This document shows, piece by piece, positions 1 to 12,600 of a DNA stretch of 64,000 bases; within the stretch, counting starts at the first letter, position 1, and each line of letters opens with the position of its first letter. Where the stretch lies: contig JAYWIR010000014.1 in NCBI GenBank assembly GCA_036172245.1, positions 4,030,001 through 4,094,000 on the forward strand, given 5' to 3'. The notes under the pieces are model-generated. The model saw only the letters and a program-made list of their open reading frames with translations. It was not told the DNA's origin and did no database searches. The position numbers and the translations under genes are program-made. This DNA comes from Raillietiella orientalis (taxonomy: Eukaryota).

Positions 1-1299
1 AACGCAACTGCCACTCGTTTCAAAGAAACCACCGGAAAGAGATGAATCTCCTCGACGGGTGAAACTCGAGCGAAATCGCAGCGTCTGTTTAGGAATCTTT
101 CAGGGACTCTTGGGCCCACGTGGATGCAAGCCTTTGCCAACGCCATCGGGCACTGCCAGGAGTCGAGGGGATTCATGATATTGCGAAAATGAGACTTTCA
201 GCGGCTGTGCTTATAACTGGCCGTTCAGCGAATCATCCTCGACTTCCTGCGCAGTATTTCATCACGAATACTCCACACCTCCTCTTAACCACTCAAAGAT
301 AACGGAAGTTGCAGTTCTTGCATTCCTTTGCGGACAATCAGTCACCGCGGAAAGACTCCCATTGCGAGGTCTCTTTGGCACCTGTGCCGAAGGTTCCGAA
401 GGCAGCACCTTCGGCGCAGCCTTCCGTAAACGCAAGGATGAGCTCGGAGATGAGGCTTCGAAGAATCGGCAGGAACAGCACTGCATTCCTTTCAGCTGGC
501 TTGGCTGCAGCTGAAATTCCTCAAAAGAGTGGACTCGTTCTCCCGGTGCGTGTTGCGGTGGAAACGTAAATCCGCCACGACCGTGAGGCGCGGTGGTTCA
601 GTGACCGCCACCTCATCTCACGGAAACCACGTGCTTTCCGTGCTTCCATGCCGTCCCATTCCCGCCCCTTCGGGTAAGGATGCCCAGGGATTCCGCATCC
701 CTCAACCGGGGTTTCCTCCTCTCGTTGCCGTCCCTGTGTATGCGCGTTCGCGTGGCAAAAATGCACCCTGCGCGCGAGTGTGGCGCGCGCGCGTTTTCCA
801 TAGCACCCGTTCCTCGAAGGAACGCGCTTTCATCGACGGGAGAGCACTGGGCCAGTGGCGTGGACCGGACGCCAAGCTCTTCGCTCCCCGACGAGTGGAG
901 TGTGGTAGGCGATCTTCTTTCCGGGGATATGGAAATCCCGGAGGGGAAGGAACGGAGCTGCCTCGTAAGAGAGGACCTGCCCTCCGAGAGATGCGAGAAC
1001 TCACGGTGCGATCCAGATGATCCTGGATGCTGCTTTCCTCGAGACAGAGGGTTGCCGGTCGACGGCTTTGGTTTCTCCGGTTCCCGCTCTTTCCTCAGGA
1101 CTCCTTCATCGTCCCGACCTATCCCTTCCTCGGATGGACCTATCCTGTCCATCCGAGACACGCCTTCATCTTCCAGGGTGGATTCTGACTCCCTTCCCGA
1201 TCCTGCTGCCAGCATTTCGGGGGATGTCGCTGCCGCCCTTCGAGCAGTTGCCATTTGTGTCCTCCTCTGCCCCTCTCCCCCATCCTGCCAGCCGAAAGC

Positions 1300-2400
1300 G
1301 GATGAGCACTCTCGGTGCTCAAGCGGCTTCTCCTCCTCCTCCTGCTGAAGGCAAACATCGAACACTACGATGGCGCTGTCCGACGGAGACGGAGCAAGCA
1401 GACATGTTTTTCCCACCTGCACAACATGGCGCCTGGCGAGGGACAGGCAGTGTGCCACTTGGACGGCGAAGCGCGCACGGCGCCAAGGGGGTACCGCCTT
1501 TTGCTGCTGTTCCGTGCGGAGGGAGCGGCAACGAGGGGGAGCGGAGATTCGCGACCAATCCGAAATCCCGGACGATCCCCAATTCGGGCGAGCCGAGAAA
1601 CGCGACTGCTCGCGGAGCGATCCCCGCTGATCTGCGGGAATGCTTCCCGGCTCTATTCCCAGCCACCGGTCGGCCCGCGTGAGGCTGAAACTCTGGGCGT
1701 TCTTCACGGCGCTCTGGACCAATGATGACGCCGCGAGAGCAGTTGCCGCGGGACCTCCGGAGAACCCTGAAGGGAGGAAGGAACGACGAAGCGTTCAGGG
1801 AACTCGGAATTCCCTCGGCACCTTGTAAAACGGGACCGCGTCAGGAAGTGGGGCTATGCGCTCGAACGAACAGCGCTCCCGGGATGTCCACTAAGAACAT
1901 CGAGCGGGTCGTTTTCCAGGACGTGGGAGTCCCGGAAATTCTCAGGAGGAACCGAAGAGGCGAGAGATAGAGGGCGGGGAAACCTCCTCTGGCTGCTTAC
2001 ACCCTGGTTTGGCCAGACGAAGGAGATGCAAGGAAAGGTGGATGTGCGGAACTCACTTATTGCCCTGCGCCAGGGGACACAACACAACCCCTGCACGGAC
2101 CAAACGAAGATGGCGATTCAGGGGAGACAGCGTAACCTCAGAGACCGAATGATCACCCGACGCTTCAAGTCGTTGATGAGATCTGACCTCGGCCTGAGTA
2201 GGGAGAAGCATGAAAAGAAAAAGAAGCGCCGGAACCTCGCGCTTTTCGCTTCCCTTCTCCGGAGTGGCCCAGATGCCCACTGGCAGCATCTCCGCTGGCC
2301 ATTGGGATGCTACCGGAATCGGCAGCTTTCCGAAAGAGCTGCTGCAGCCCCTCCAGAAAACGCGGAGCAGCCCGACAAAGCTGGCAGTCATGACTCCGGG
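1300..2400 (-). mobile_element. Possible further RLE non-LTR endonuclease-region remnant
   Basis: Patchy nucleotide similarity of 1790-1900 to the reverse complement of 6790-6890; EQSRFSARPN, KRRYPL and FAVQV motifs. Very degenerate. Confidence 0.28.
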
Positions 2401-3339
2401 ACCAACGCATCCAGAGCACCTCCCGGTTGCGTAACTCCGGAGGGAGGGAGGTCGCGCAACGGTAGCACCGAGAGAAAGAGAAGACTCCAACCCACCCACC
2501 CCACCTTCTTTCGGTGAGGAGGGGGGGATCGCGGTGTCAAATAGAAGGAGCAACCCTGTCGGAAGGGACCTCTGCCTCAGGCGCGGGTCGCTTCCCCTCT
2601 TAGACCAGCCCCTCTCCGTTAACGACGAAGCCAGGCCACCCGAGGAAACGCGGGAAGATGCGTCCGCGTTCCCTTGCTTACTCCCAGATCCTTAAGGACA
2701 ATCCTGGAAAAGGCGTTTTGCACAATAGCGGGAGAGAACCCTCCCTTCTCCCCCCACACACGAGCAGCAAGATATCAAAGGTGCAGCCTGCTGCCAGCTC
2801 CACCCTCCAAGGGGTTGATCCAGGGACGGTTTCTAGGCAACGTTGCGTGCGGACTCGCTGCCGCAGAAAACGAAGGACCTCCACTCACGGATCCAATGTT
2901 CCTTGGGAGCTTCTTGAGGCAATCAAGCGACCAAGAGCTTCAGAAACGCCTTCTTCCAGGTCATGGTGGCCTCGCACTTGGGAAGGAAGCCACGGATGTG
3001 ACCAGGACCCGGTTGGTCCGGGGGTTGGCGGCGTCGATCCCGGAGCGGTGGCTTCTCGAGGAGGAAAAGCTGCAGCAGGCCGGCAGCAATCTCATCTTGA
3101 TGAATGAAGGGGAGGTAGAAGAGGAGTCGTCCCCCAGCTCTTTGGAGACTCCCTCGTCTCTGCCTACCTGCCTAGGGAGGGAACATGGCCGCGGTCAGGG
3201 TCTCTGGAGGAGGGTCTGCCCCCCCTCCTCTTCCTACGGGACTCCCGCGGCCTTCCTCCGCGAGGCGCACACAGCAGTCCAAAAGCACCCCCCCTTACCC
3301 CTCCCTTCTTTCCCTCCCCCGCTGTGGTTGCTGCTTTCC

Positions 3340-3345
3340 TTTATT
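3340..3345 (-). promoter_or_regulatory. Candidate polyadenylation signal AATAAA for the MLCK transcript
   Basis: tttatt on the + strand at 3340-3345, about 80 nt downstream of the stop codon. No transcript evidence. Confidence 0.4.
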
Positions 3346-3426
3346 CGCTGCAGGAAGCAGGGGCAGGTTACGTTTCCCTCTTGCAATCGGGTCAGGAAAG
3401 GAGGGGGAGCGGTCCCCGGAATAACC

Positions 3427-3607
3427 TCAGTTGAACTCCCACGCGCACCCCATCCTCTTCAGAGCCAGGATGGCGTTGATGGCCTTCTTCCAGCGCCTGC
3501 GGATGACGTAGCGTTTCAGTTTGGACTTGCGCAGCTGGGCGTCGCTGTGGTCCTTGATGGAGGCGAGCCAGGGGTGCCGCAGGCTGTCTTCAGCCGCCAT
3601 CCGGCTC
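3427..3607 (-). CDS. sqa: MLCK terminal coding exon 7 (subdomain XI plus autoinhibitory/calmodulin-binding segment, stop)
   Basis: ctctcttgcAG acceptor; RMAAEDSLRHPWL, then the basic-Trp segment KRYVIRRRWKKAINAILALKRM characteristic of MLCK CaM-binding helices; TGA at 3429-3427. Confidence 0.94.
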
Positions 3608-6600
3608 CTGCAAGAGAGCGGCATGGGAACAGCAGGCACACGGGGAGGAGGAGAGGAAGGAGGTGCGGATGGCCGGGACGGCTCCAGGAGGATCCGGTTG
3701 CTGGGGAAACCGGATGCGATCGATGGACGGCGATCTCCGGAACGTTTCGGGCGGGAGAACGGGACAGAAAAGAAGGGTGGAGTGGGATGGAAGAGGGGGA
3801 GGAGTAAATTGTGTTTCATTGCTCTGGTACGCTCCCCCCCCCCTCCATCCCTCTCATCTCCCGCGCGTCGCTTTCCCGTGTTGCTTCTCTGGGATGAGGG
3901 AGGGATCGAGGAAAAGGGGAGGGGGAAAGGAGGTTTGGCGACGACGAGGAAGAGGGAAAGCTTGAGCGGCAGCCACGAACCTCCTTGAGGATCACATTTT
4001 GCAGAGAGCTTTCTCCAACGCGAACCAAATGTTGTCTTGGAAACGGGAAAGAGCGAGGAGTGGGGAGGGTCTTACCCGGAACCACACCAGAGGATTCGAA
4101 CGTCTGGACCAAAGATGCCGAGGTTCTTCTTCGTGGAGTTTGCGTCTGCGCCGCTGGTGCTCGCGCCCAGAGGGAGGGGCGCACCCGAAGAGAGCGAGCC
4201 AGGGGGCCGCGAGAGATACCCTGACGCCGCATCCATTTCTCCTGGACGGTGGGGCGGGCAGCGGGGGTGTGGAGGTTTGCGTTCTCGGGCGAGAGGGAAA
4301 GCGGAAGCGCCTGGCGAGGAAGAGCAGAGGAGGAGGAGGCGCGGCGGGCGCGAGGCCCCGCCCCGTCGCTTTAACCTCTCCGCCCACGTGAGGCTCCGAC
4401 TCTCGGAGGCATCCCCACCTCCCCCGCCCCGAACGGTTGCTCGCTATCTGCAGCCGCCGGCAGCTTCCCTCTGGCGATTCCCAACGAATCCCATCGGGAT
4501 GAACCGGAAAAGCGTCCAGTGGACATCCTCGAGGGGGGTGGCAGTGGTGGTTCGTTCTAGGCCGATCGCCGGGAAACAGGGAGGTGGAGGGTAATTCTTC
4601 TGGCCGGAAGAAAGGGAGGATAAAGATAGGGTTGAAGAGGGGAGCAGGAAGCGGAACCGGAAGTGAAACTGAAAGAGAGTGAACAGGAGGACCGGAAGTG
4701 GACGCGCGCGCGCGAAGGTGCACACCGTGGGACGATCAGCAGGAAGGGAAGGGAGCCAGGCAGGGAACGGAAAGAAAAACGAAGGAAGAAGAGTTCTCCA
4801 GCATGCTACGAAAGGACTGGAGAACTCATCTTCCGAAATCACCTTCCAATTCCCAAAGGAGCTGAGGGCGGGAGAGATGCGCTGTGGTCCGGGAGGGAGG
4901 TCCAGGGGAGGTGGGCGCTTCCTGACAGCCAGCTGCCCATGGTCTGCTGCTGCTGCTGCTGCAGCGCCCTTTGAGATGGAGACTCTCGCCGCCTTTCGAG
5001 GTTTCCTCATGATGCCCTTGCGGCGGGCGTGTGTGCAAGAAGCGCCCTTCCTCCTTCTCGGATACCTCGCAGAAGAGACCGGTGCACCCCCCGGAGGGGT
5101 CGACCGGCCATCGCAAGCGAGCGCGATCGGGGAGGAGAGAGTGCGCCACCTACCCGGGGTCCTTTACCAGCAGCCTCTCGATAAAGTTCTTAGCTTGGCT
5201 CGAGACGCTGTCGAAGGCCTCGTCCTGGAAGTCGTACTTGGCAATGGTCACGTTCGACATGGTCTCGGCGTCGCTGTCCCCCACGAACGGGGACAGACCG
5301 GAGAGGCTGGGAAGAGAGGTCAGCACGCCTTTGCCATGGGGAATGAGCAGGAGCGGCGGCGCCGGCAGCGGCGGGAGAAGGAGAAGGCGTCTCCAGCCCG
5401 GGACGGGCGAAGGAACTGACGGATCGGCGAAGGCAGAGCCGCCCCTCGGGGACTCCGGGCCACCACCTCAAGGAGGTGGGATGCGCACTCAGTCGCGAGG
5501 CGCATCGTCGCTGAGCCGGGCGTCAGGAAATGACGTCATCCCTGCAAGGTGCGTCTATGAGCAGCTCCCGCGACCACCAGCTTCGAGGACCTTCCCAGCC
5601 AAAGGTGAAACCTCAGGGCGCTAACCCGACCATCTGGGATCTGGTTGACTCAGGGCATCCCCTCGTGACGGGGGAGGTTGTACGCGTTTAGCGGAACGGA
5701 GCAGCCGCATACCGGACGCAGAACTCACGCGCCTCTTCTCCTTCTCTGTGCTCATCGTCGAAGGGGCATTTCCTTCCGCTCCAGATTCAAGCCCCGTCCT
5801 ACCGGGAAGCGACGACGCCAGCCTCCGTGTGCTCTTGGACCCTCGCCCCCACCCCTTGGACTCAACTTGCCCTCCGGCTTCCTTCAGCTCCGTTCTGCTT
5901 CAGAGATAGCACCACCTTGGGCCTCGGCTCCCGTCCCACCCTTCCCTCGGTCTTCCTCTTGTAGCTCTCCTTCTCGGGCACCGCAACGTCCACTTCTGCG
6001 ATTCGGAGCTGAGAGCATTCGGAGCCGCTAGAGTCGGTCCACCTCGGGACGGGAGCTCCGGCGGAGTTCCCGGAAGATGAATAAGATGGCGCGCGTTTCA
6101 TCCTCGTCCCTCTCGAAAGAACAGCGCTCAGACTTTGCGAGATCCGGGAGGGAAAGAGGAGTCGTCAATTGGCTCCCCAAGAGAAGGAGGAACGTGGGGC
6201 TTCGGCGCTTCCTACTGAGCCCTGGGCGTTCTTCGAACGAGTCGATAGAGGGCCCGGTTCCCTGGGAAATCCTTCCGAAGTTTGAGGGCAGTGCTGGATC
6301 CGAGAGGACTGAGTCAGCACCCCCTGGGCCTCCCCCGTGTCAGGGCAGGGAATGATAGCGGAAGGGGTGATCCTTCTCTCGAGCGCCTCTCCCTCCCGAC
6401 GGGAGGCGTGGGGACTGGCGCCACCTGAACTCCAACACCGCCGCGGGCCGAGGTCATGAGGAACGCAGAGATCTCGATGGCACTCGCCGAGCGGCGGACG
6501 GCGGAAAAGTCGGTCGAGTCCACGCGCCGGCGCGGCTCCGGCCGACCGCGAATCTTGGCGCAGGCGTGGACGACCGGCCGAATTCTGGGACCTTCCTGGA

Positions 6601-9600
6601 GTGCAAGACGTGATGGATGGAGGAGAGCGCCGTTCTCTTCTCTCTTCGGCGCATTCCAACATGCGCGAAGCACGCTGATGGCTATAGGGGGGAGGAGAAA
6701 CCGAGTTGCCTCGCAACCGAACCATCCCTTCCGCCTCATCCACTGGAGGAGGCTGAGCCGCTCTCAGGAATCGCTTCAGGGGACGGCAGTCCAGCCGATG
6801 CTCCCAGTGTGTGCTCCGGGATGTTCGAGCACGCCCCCTCCTTCCCGATGTGCTCCTCCAGCTCCTTAAAGACCTCCCAACGCCTCGTCGTCTGCTGGAT
6901 CTGAAGTCCCCAAGGGCAGACGGGCACGCTTTGGAGGAGAAGCAGAAGCCAGTTGTTCGCGCCGATGTGGAAAGCATTTCTTTGGAAGAGGAGGGGAGAG
7001 CCAATCCCTCAGGCTGGTCCCCCTTGAGCTGCCATGCATCTTCCAGACTCCATGAAGCTTTCAAAGGGGCAGGCGGCGTCCGGCAGAGCCACTCGGCCTT
7101 CGCCATGGAGCGCCAGATACGTGCCAGGCGTGGAGTCCGTCCCGGGGAAAGGCTGACCAGAACTCCCGATGCTTCCGGCAGTCCCCCAATGTGGATCATC
7201 ACTAGTTCATCGCCGTGTGTTTGCCGCCCTCATCTCCATCTTTTCCATCCTCTGCCTCAGCAATCCTGCCTGGTTAGGGAGTCGACCCTGCCGATGCGGA
7301 GAGCAAAAGCAGAAGTCACAGGGGTCACGAGTGCTGCCTCCGGAGAGAGAGGCTCTGCCGTGGCACTTCGGAGACTCCGGCCACGTTGCAAGAGCCGCGC
7401 TGAAGAAGGAAAATTCTCGTGCCGCTTCATTTGCAGGATTCGAGATGCTCCAGACTCTCCATGCTCCACGAACCCGTTCCATCGTCTCCATCTTCTGCTT
7501 TGACGCGTTTCTTCTCGGGAAATCAAGGAAGGGAAAAAGGCGGGTGGTGGGGAACCTTTACGTCACCGCTGGGAGGCAGGGGCATGCGAAAATCGGAGCT
7601 GAGGCAAGAAAGCCGCCGCCTCGCTGCGGCGGGGGTCAGCTGCGAAATGGACCCCGAGCGCTCCTGAGGGGCGAACGCGGCCAGCGCGTCCGAACGCGAG
7701 GCGACCGGGTCGCATCGCTGCTGCTGCTGCCGGCGTTCGAGCGTCGCAGGACGCCCCGACTTGCTCCCTTTGAACCCGCCTTGCTCGGGTTCAAAGGGTT
7801 CGCGCCTGTTCTTGGCTTGCCATACTCACAGAACGTAACAAATGACTCCAACAGACCACATGTCCGTCTCGCAACGAATCGCCTCGAAATTTACCACTTC
7901 CGGTGCGGCGAACTCCGGCGTGCCGAAGAGGACTTGCAGCTTCTTGGATGGATCGTATTTTCGGGCCAGACCGAAATCGATCAGCTTAATTCTGTTTCCG
8001 GTCAGCGTCAGGCAGAGGATGTTTTCAGGCTACCCGGGAGAGAAGAAGAGTTCAAGTGCAGCGCACGGGTTCCGGGACAGGTGGAGAGAGAGAGAGAAAG
8101 AAAGAACTGCGCTCATAACGCGTATGAAACGCGCGGGTGCCTAGAGGACGAGTGCTGAGGGGTGGTTGGTTGCGAGGGAACACGAGTGCGGGAGCAACCG
8201 GAAACGCGAACCAGTTCCGCGGCTGCGGGGCCAGTGGTAGCACCCGCGATCCGATGTGCCGGAAAGGAACATGCTCGTCGTCCCGGAGGCAAGGTTGCCT
8301 CCGGTTTGTGCGCAGCCCCAGCTCGATCTGCCAAGGCAAGAATGAGCCTTCGTGAAGCCCTCGAAAGAGGTGGTTCGCGGCGGCCCGCCGAAATGCAGCA
8401 AGTCCCAACGTGCGCATAGGGATGGCTTCCCGCTTTAGTTTCCTCCCCATTCCGGAGAGGATCCTTGGGTCCGAGAAACAACACATAGTGCCAGGTGCAA
8501 CCAGATCAGTCCCGGCAATCTCCCAGGCTCTTCAAGCAGGAAGGTTCCATGCGCATTTTCAACGACCTCGAAAAGACCGAGAAGAAGAGCGAGGAACGGG
8601 GCACGTCTCGGGAAATTAAGAGGGAGAGAGAGGCGGATTTGAAAGGGAGAAAAGAATGGCCGCCGCTCCACCACCGATGTCGGCCCGTATCCCTTCTGCT
8701 CCCAGAACAGCAAGAGGGTGCTCCTCATCTCGGTTCGTTCCAGAAGGTAGAAGCGGAAGCTGTGCAGATGAAGGTCCGAACGCTGAACCGCACGAAGAGG
8801 AACCTCCGTTCCGAAAACCCGCAGTCAGCGCCTTCCGAGATGAGCGAACACGGAAGCTGCGGAGAACGCCAAGTCAGGTGTCGGGAAGAAGTGAGCGCAT
8901 CAGATCCCCCGCGTTCGAATATCCCGCAAACCCCTGCTGGAGCAGAACTCCCCTCCGAGGAACAGAGCGGGAATTCGTGATGCGGCCGCGAGCACGAGGC
9001 TGATTTCCGCCTCGGATTTATAATCACGGGCGCGGCCTCGCCTGAGCACGAGGCGAGGAAGCGCCCAGAAACTTTCTAGACTGTTTTGAAGTAAATAAAA
9101 AGTGAAAGTCACGGGGATATTCCATCTGCCCGCTGTGTCATTAGCGGGTAGATGGGATTCGCTTTTCGGAGACCATTACGATTGCCCGGGGAAAGTACTT
9201 TCTTTCATCTTGAAGACACGGAACTCCTGAGCGCTGCTCGTAGATGTCGCCGCTCCTGCACACGTTCCGTATGCCGTAAGAGAACGCTCTTCATGTTTTT
9301 TTTTTTTTTTTTCTTTCCGTTTTCGCGTTCCTGAAGGTTGGTGCGAGTACGCGGAAGTCGGGAGCGCGACAACACTTTGGTTCCGTTTCTGTAGGTGACC
9401 GTCCGCGAGCGAAACCGCGATCGCCAGACAACTCTGGCGAGCTGCATGAGGCTGCTCGTGGTCATGAAATGGATCAGAGAGAGCAGGCAGAGGGAGAGAA
9501 CGGGAACGCGCCGCGGAAACACGGGACAAGTGCAAAAGAGCTCTCCTCTTGTTTCGAGTGCTTCCTAGGACCACAAGTGTGTGTCTCTCCAGCTCAGGTG

Positions 9601-12600
9601 ACGCGGCCCAGACGCAGAATAGCGTACTGAGATTTTTCGTTTTCTTTCTGCACCAAGACATATCCTCTTTGGGCGTATTCCACGTTCCCATTTCTCACGT
9701 GAAGGCCGGCATCCAATAAAACTGCAGGACGTTCAAGGCAGGAAATGGGGCCGAGCACAGTTGGCGCCTATCACGAGGAAGATCTTAAAAAACATGGCGC
9801 ACATTTTTGATGCATAGAAAAATGAAAATAGACGACGACTGCTTTCCTTTTGACGCTGCTTTATTTTTTACCGCCATCCTTTTTCCCTATACGTTCCAAA
9901 GACCACCTACCAGAAGCAATTCGATCACTGGGAAGGAACTCGTAGGTCCGAAATAGCTTTATGATTTATAAGAGGACTCTTCTGCACGGTAACTTGGAAA
10001 CACTAACGTGTTCATCGATCAGTGCCAGGTTTTCCACCTGCGTTTACCGCAGAACAATTCCATTCATATGTCCTTTTGGGTTCACAAAGAGATGCATGAA
10101 ACTGGATCTCCTCACAAAAAACTCAGTGTCAATGCGCCATCTCATTTGCTGCTGCTTCCACGATGGCCTTTTCGCAAATCTTCCATGCGTCTCACAATTT
10201 TCACGCCCTCAATGATAAAGATCAAGGCTGATTACAAAAAGGCATCCAAAAAGCTCTTCTTTTTTTTTTGCTGGTCCTTCCTTTCGTGACGTTCACATCT
10301 GGATCCATACCTTCTTCTGTTTTCCTTCCTTCGTTTAGCCCGTGCTTCCGCTTCAGAGGAGGGAGAAGACGAATAATTACGTTTGCTCCCTTCTTCTTCT
10401 TCGAGGGCTTCGGTGGTTTCTACAGAGCGTGCCTTGCCGGCAGGAAACAGCGACAGGCAGGACGCGACGACAGCCGACGTTATCGGGGATTGCCGAAGAG
10501 CAGTATGTCGGCCATTTCAGTCGACCATTTCTGTCACAGCATTTCACGCTGGCAGTGCAGCTCTTCCTATTTGAATCATTTGAGCATTATCCTCGGAAAT
10601 GGACCACGTGTTCCCTCATCTTCTTGATCATTCACATGTGTTTTCAGGGGTTGAGCATCTGCTCAGTCAGTGGCGGTTTTCCTTAGTGGAAAAGGGATGT
10701 ACAGGTACAGGAAAGGGATGTACTTTGGTCTTTTAGAATTGAGGGAACGTCCGAGAGAACACTGACCATTGAATTTATCCCTTTTTCGGGTCCCAAAATA
10801 CGCGCGCAACCTCCTGGAGCTTCTCCGGGACTCAAGAAACGAAAATAGACTGCGTCAGGACACAGGATCGTTCAGGCAGAGATTCAGAAAAACCAGGTGG
10901 TTCCGGACCAAGTGGACCGCGTCCCCATAAGCGAATATTTAGGTAACAGGCGCAACCTTAACACTCCCGGAGAAATTCAGCAGCGAATCTCTAAGAAGGC
11001 ACAAGAGCTCTCTGGGAAAGGGCAGTGATGTTAGCACACCAGATCGGACCTCTGCATGAGTCGACAAACGAGTGAGGAACTGTTGGCAGGGACTCACGGG
11101 CAGTCATTCAGAAATTGACGATGATCACTCCCACGATGATCTTTGGATGCTGAGTTGCAACGGTACAATTCACGAGTGTTTGGTGGGCTCCTCATTTTCG
11201 CTTCCTCTAACAGATGTGGTCCGAGCTGATGGATGCGACCATAAGGTTCGTGAGCGGTGGAAGGAGCACCTCATCCACTTAGCTCACGGCGATGTTACAA
11301 AAGCTCTTTTTCTATCTCTTCGCAAAAAAAAAAAAAAAAAGAGAGAGAGAGGGCGCATTCCATGCGAACGGATCCTTCCGTAGCACTCCGAAGGCAGTAC
11401 ATCTCATCCCGGAGAGATGGCTGACAGCCGTCTGAATGCTTCTTCTCCTTCTTCAAGGACGTTTGAAAACACAAAGGGACGTTCATCTATCTACCCTTTT
11501 CGCTCAACTCCAAAAATGATGCAGAAACACTCTGCCTGTTTCGCTTGCTGATCGCCTCCAGAGTTTTCTCGATTCTAGGCAACGGTGCGCGTGCTTGGAA
11601 TGAGGCACGCAGGGCACCATACGCATGCCCGCGCCACCGAGCAATCTACCTAGGAAATGGCCACTCATGTATCTTCCCTGTTCTCCGAGAGCATGAGAGA
11701 AACATTCCGAATTAAACTGCAAATTACAGATGAAATGATGGCGTGTTGCGGCTCCTGGTTATCAGGGCCTGGTTCAATCTTCTGGAAACTGCAAGATAAT
11801 TTGGTCAGAAAAAGGTTTTTCCCTCTTCCAAGTCTAAGGGGAAGCGGCCTTGGCCGCTGTGCGTTTGAGCACAAGCGCAAGAAGCGCATTTCGCGGAAGG
11901 CGGCAGCTGCCAAGGCGCCGACTGCATCGCACCACTAACCTCCCCACCGCCAGCGCATCCTCGAGGGCGCATTCAGGGATGCTGCGACGACGCGAGCCGC
12001 CCTGGTTTCACACGTAGTCCTCATTTGACGCGCTTTCCGAGCACGCAGGTGAAGTAAATCGCGCGCATGCGAGCAGCTCTCGAGAGCTGGGAATCATCCT
12101 GAAGCCCCGGGCGGCTGAAACACTCACGAAGAATTTACGAAGAACCGAAGGGCTACGTCTCCTTCGCAGGGCTGAAGATCCTGCCGAGCCTGCCCCGCTC
12201 TTCCACCAGAACCCCACGACCTACAGAACGTGGCAAACACCGCCGACAAGACCAGTGCGGTGTTCTTCCGTCGCTGCCGAGGACGTCCGGAATCGTCGTT
12301 TCATAAGCACGCCCGCGTGTTACGCGTCTTTGCTTGCTTGCCTGTTCTCCCCCCCTCTCGGATCGGATGCTGCGGCTGGCCGTTCCCTCGCGGCAAGCGG
12401 CGTGGGAAACGGCAAGAAGCAGACGGGGTACTACGTGATCGATTCCCACCCACCCCCTCCCCCCCGAACCCGAACCCCGGATTGCCATGCCCCGCGAAGG
12501 CGCCGCAGACTGGAAGAAAAAGTCCTTTCGCGGAAGCGTCAGGCGTTCTGACTCCGGGCACGGATCACGCCCACGGGGTCACCAATCAGTCAGAAAGGTG

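Noticed and set aside
9950..10660. AT-richer island possibly encoding an ancient DNA transposase on the - strand
   Set aside because: Only faint motif echoes; I could not assign a family.
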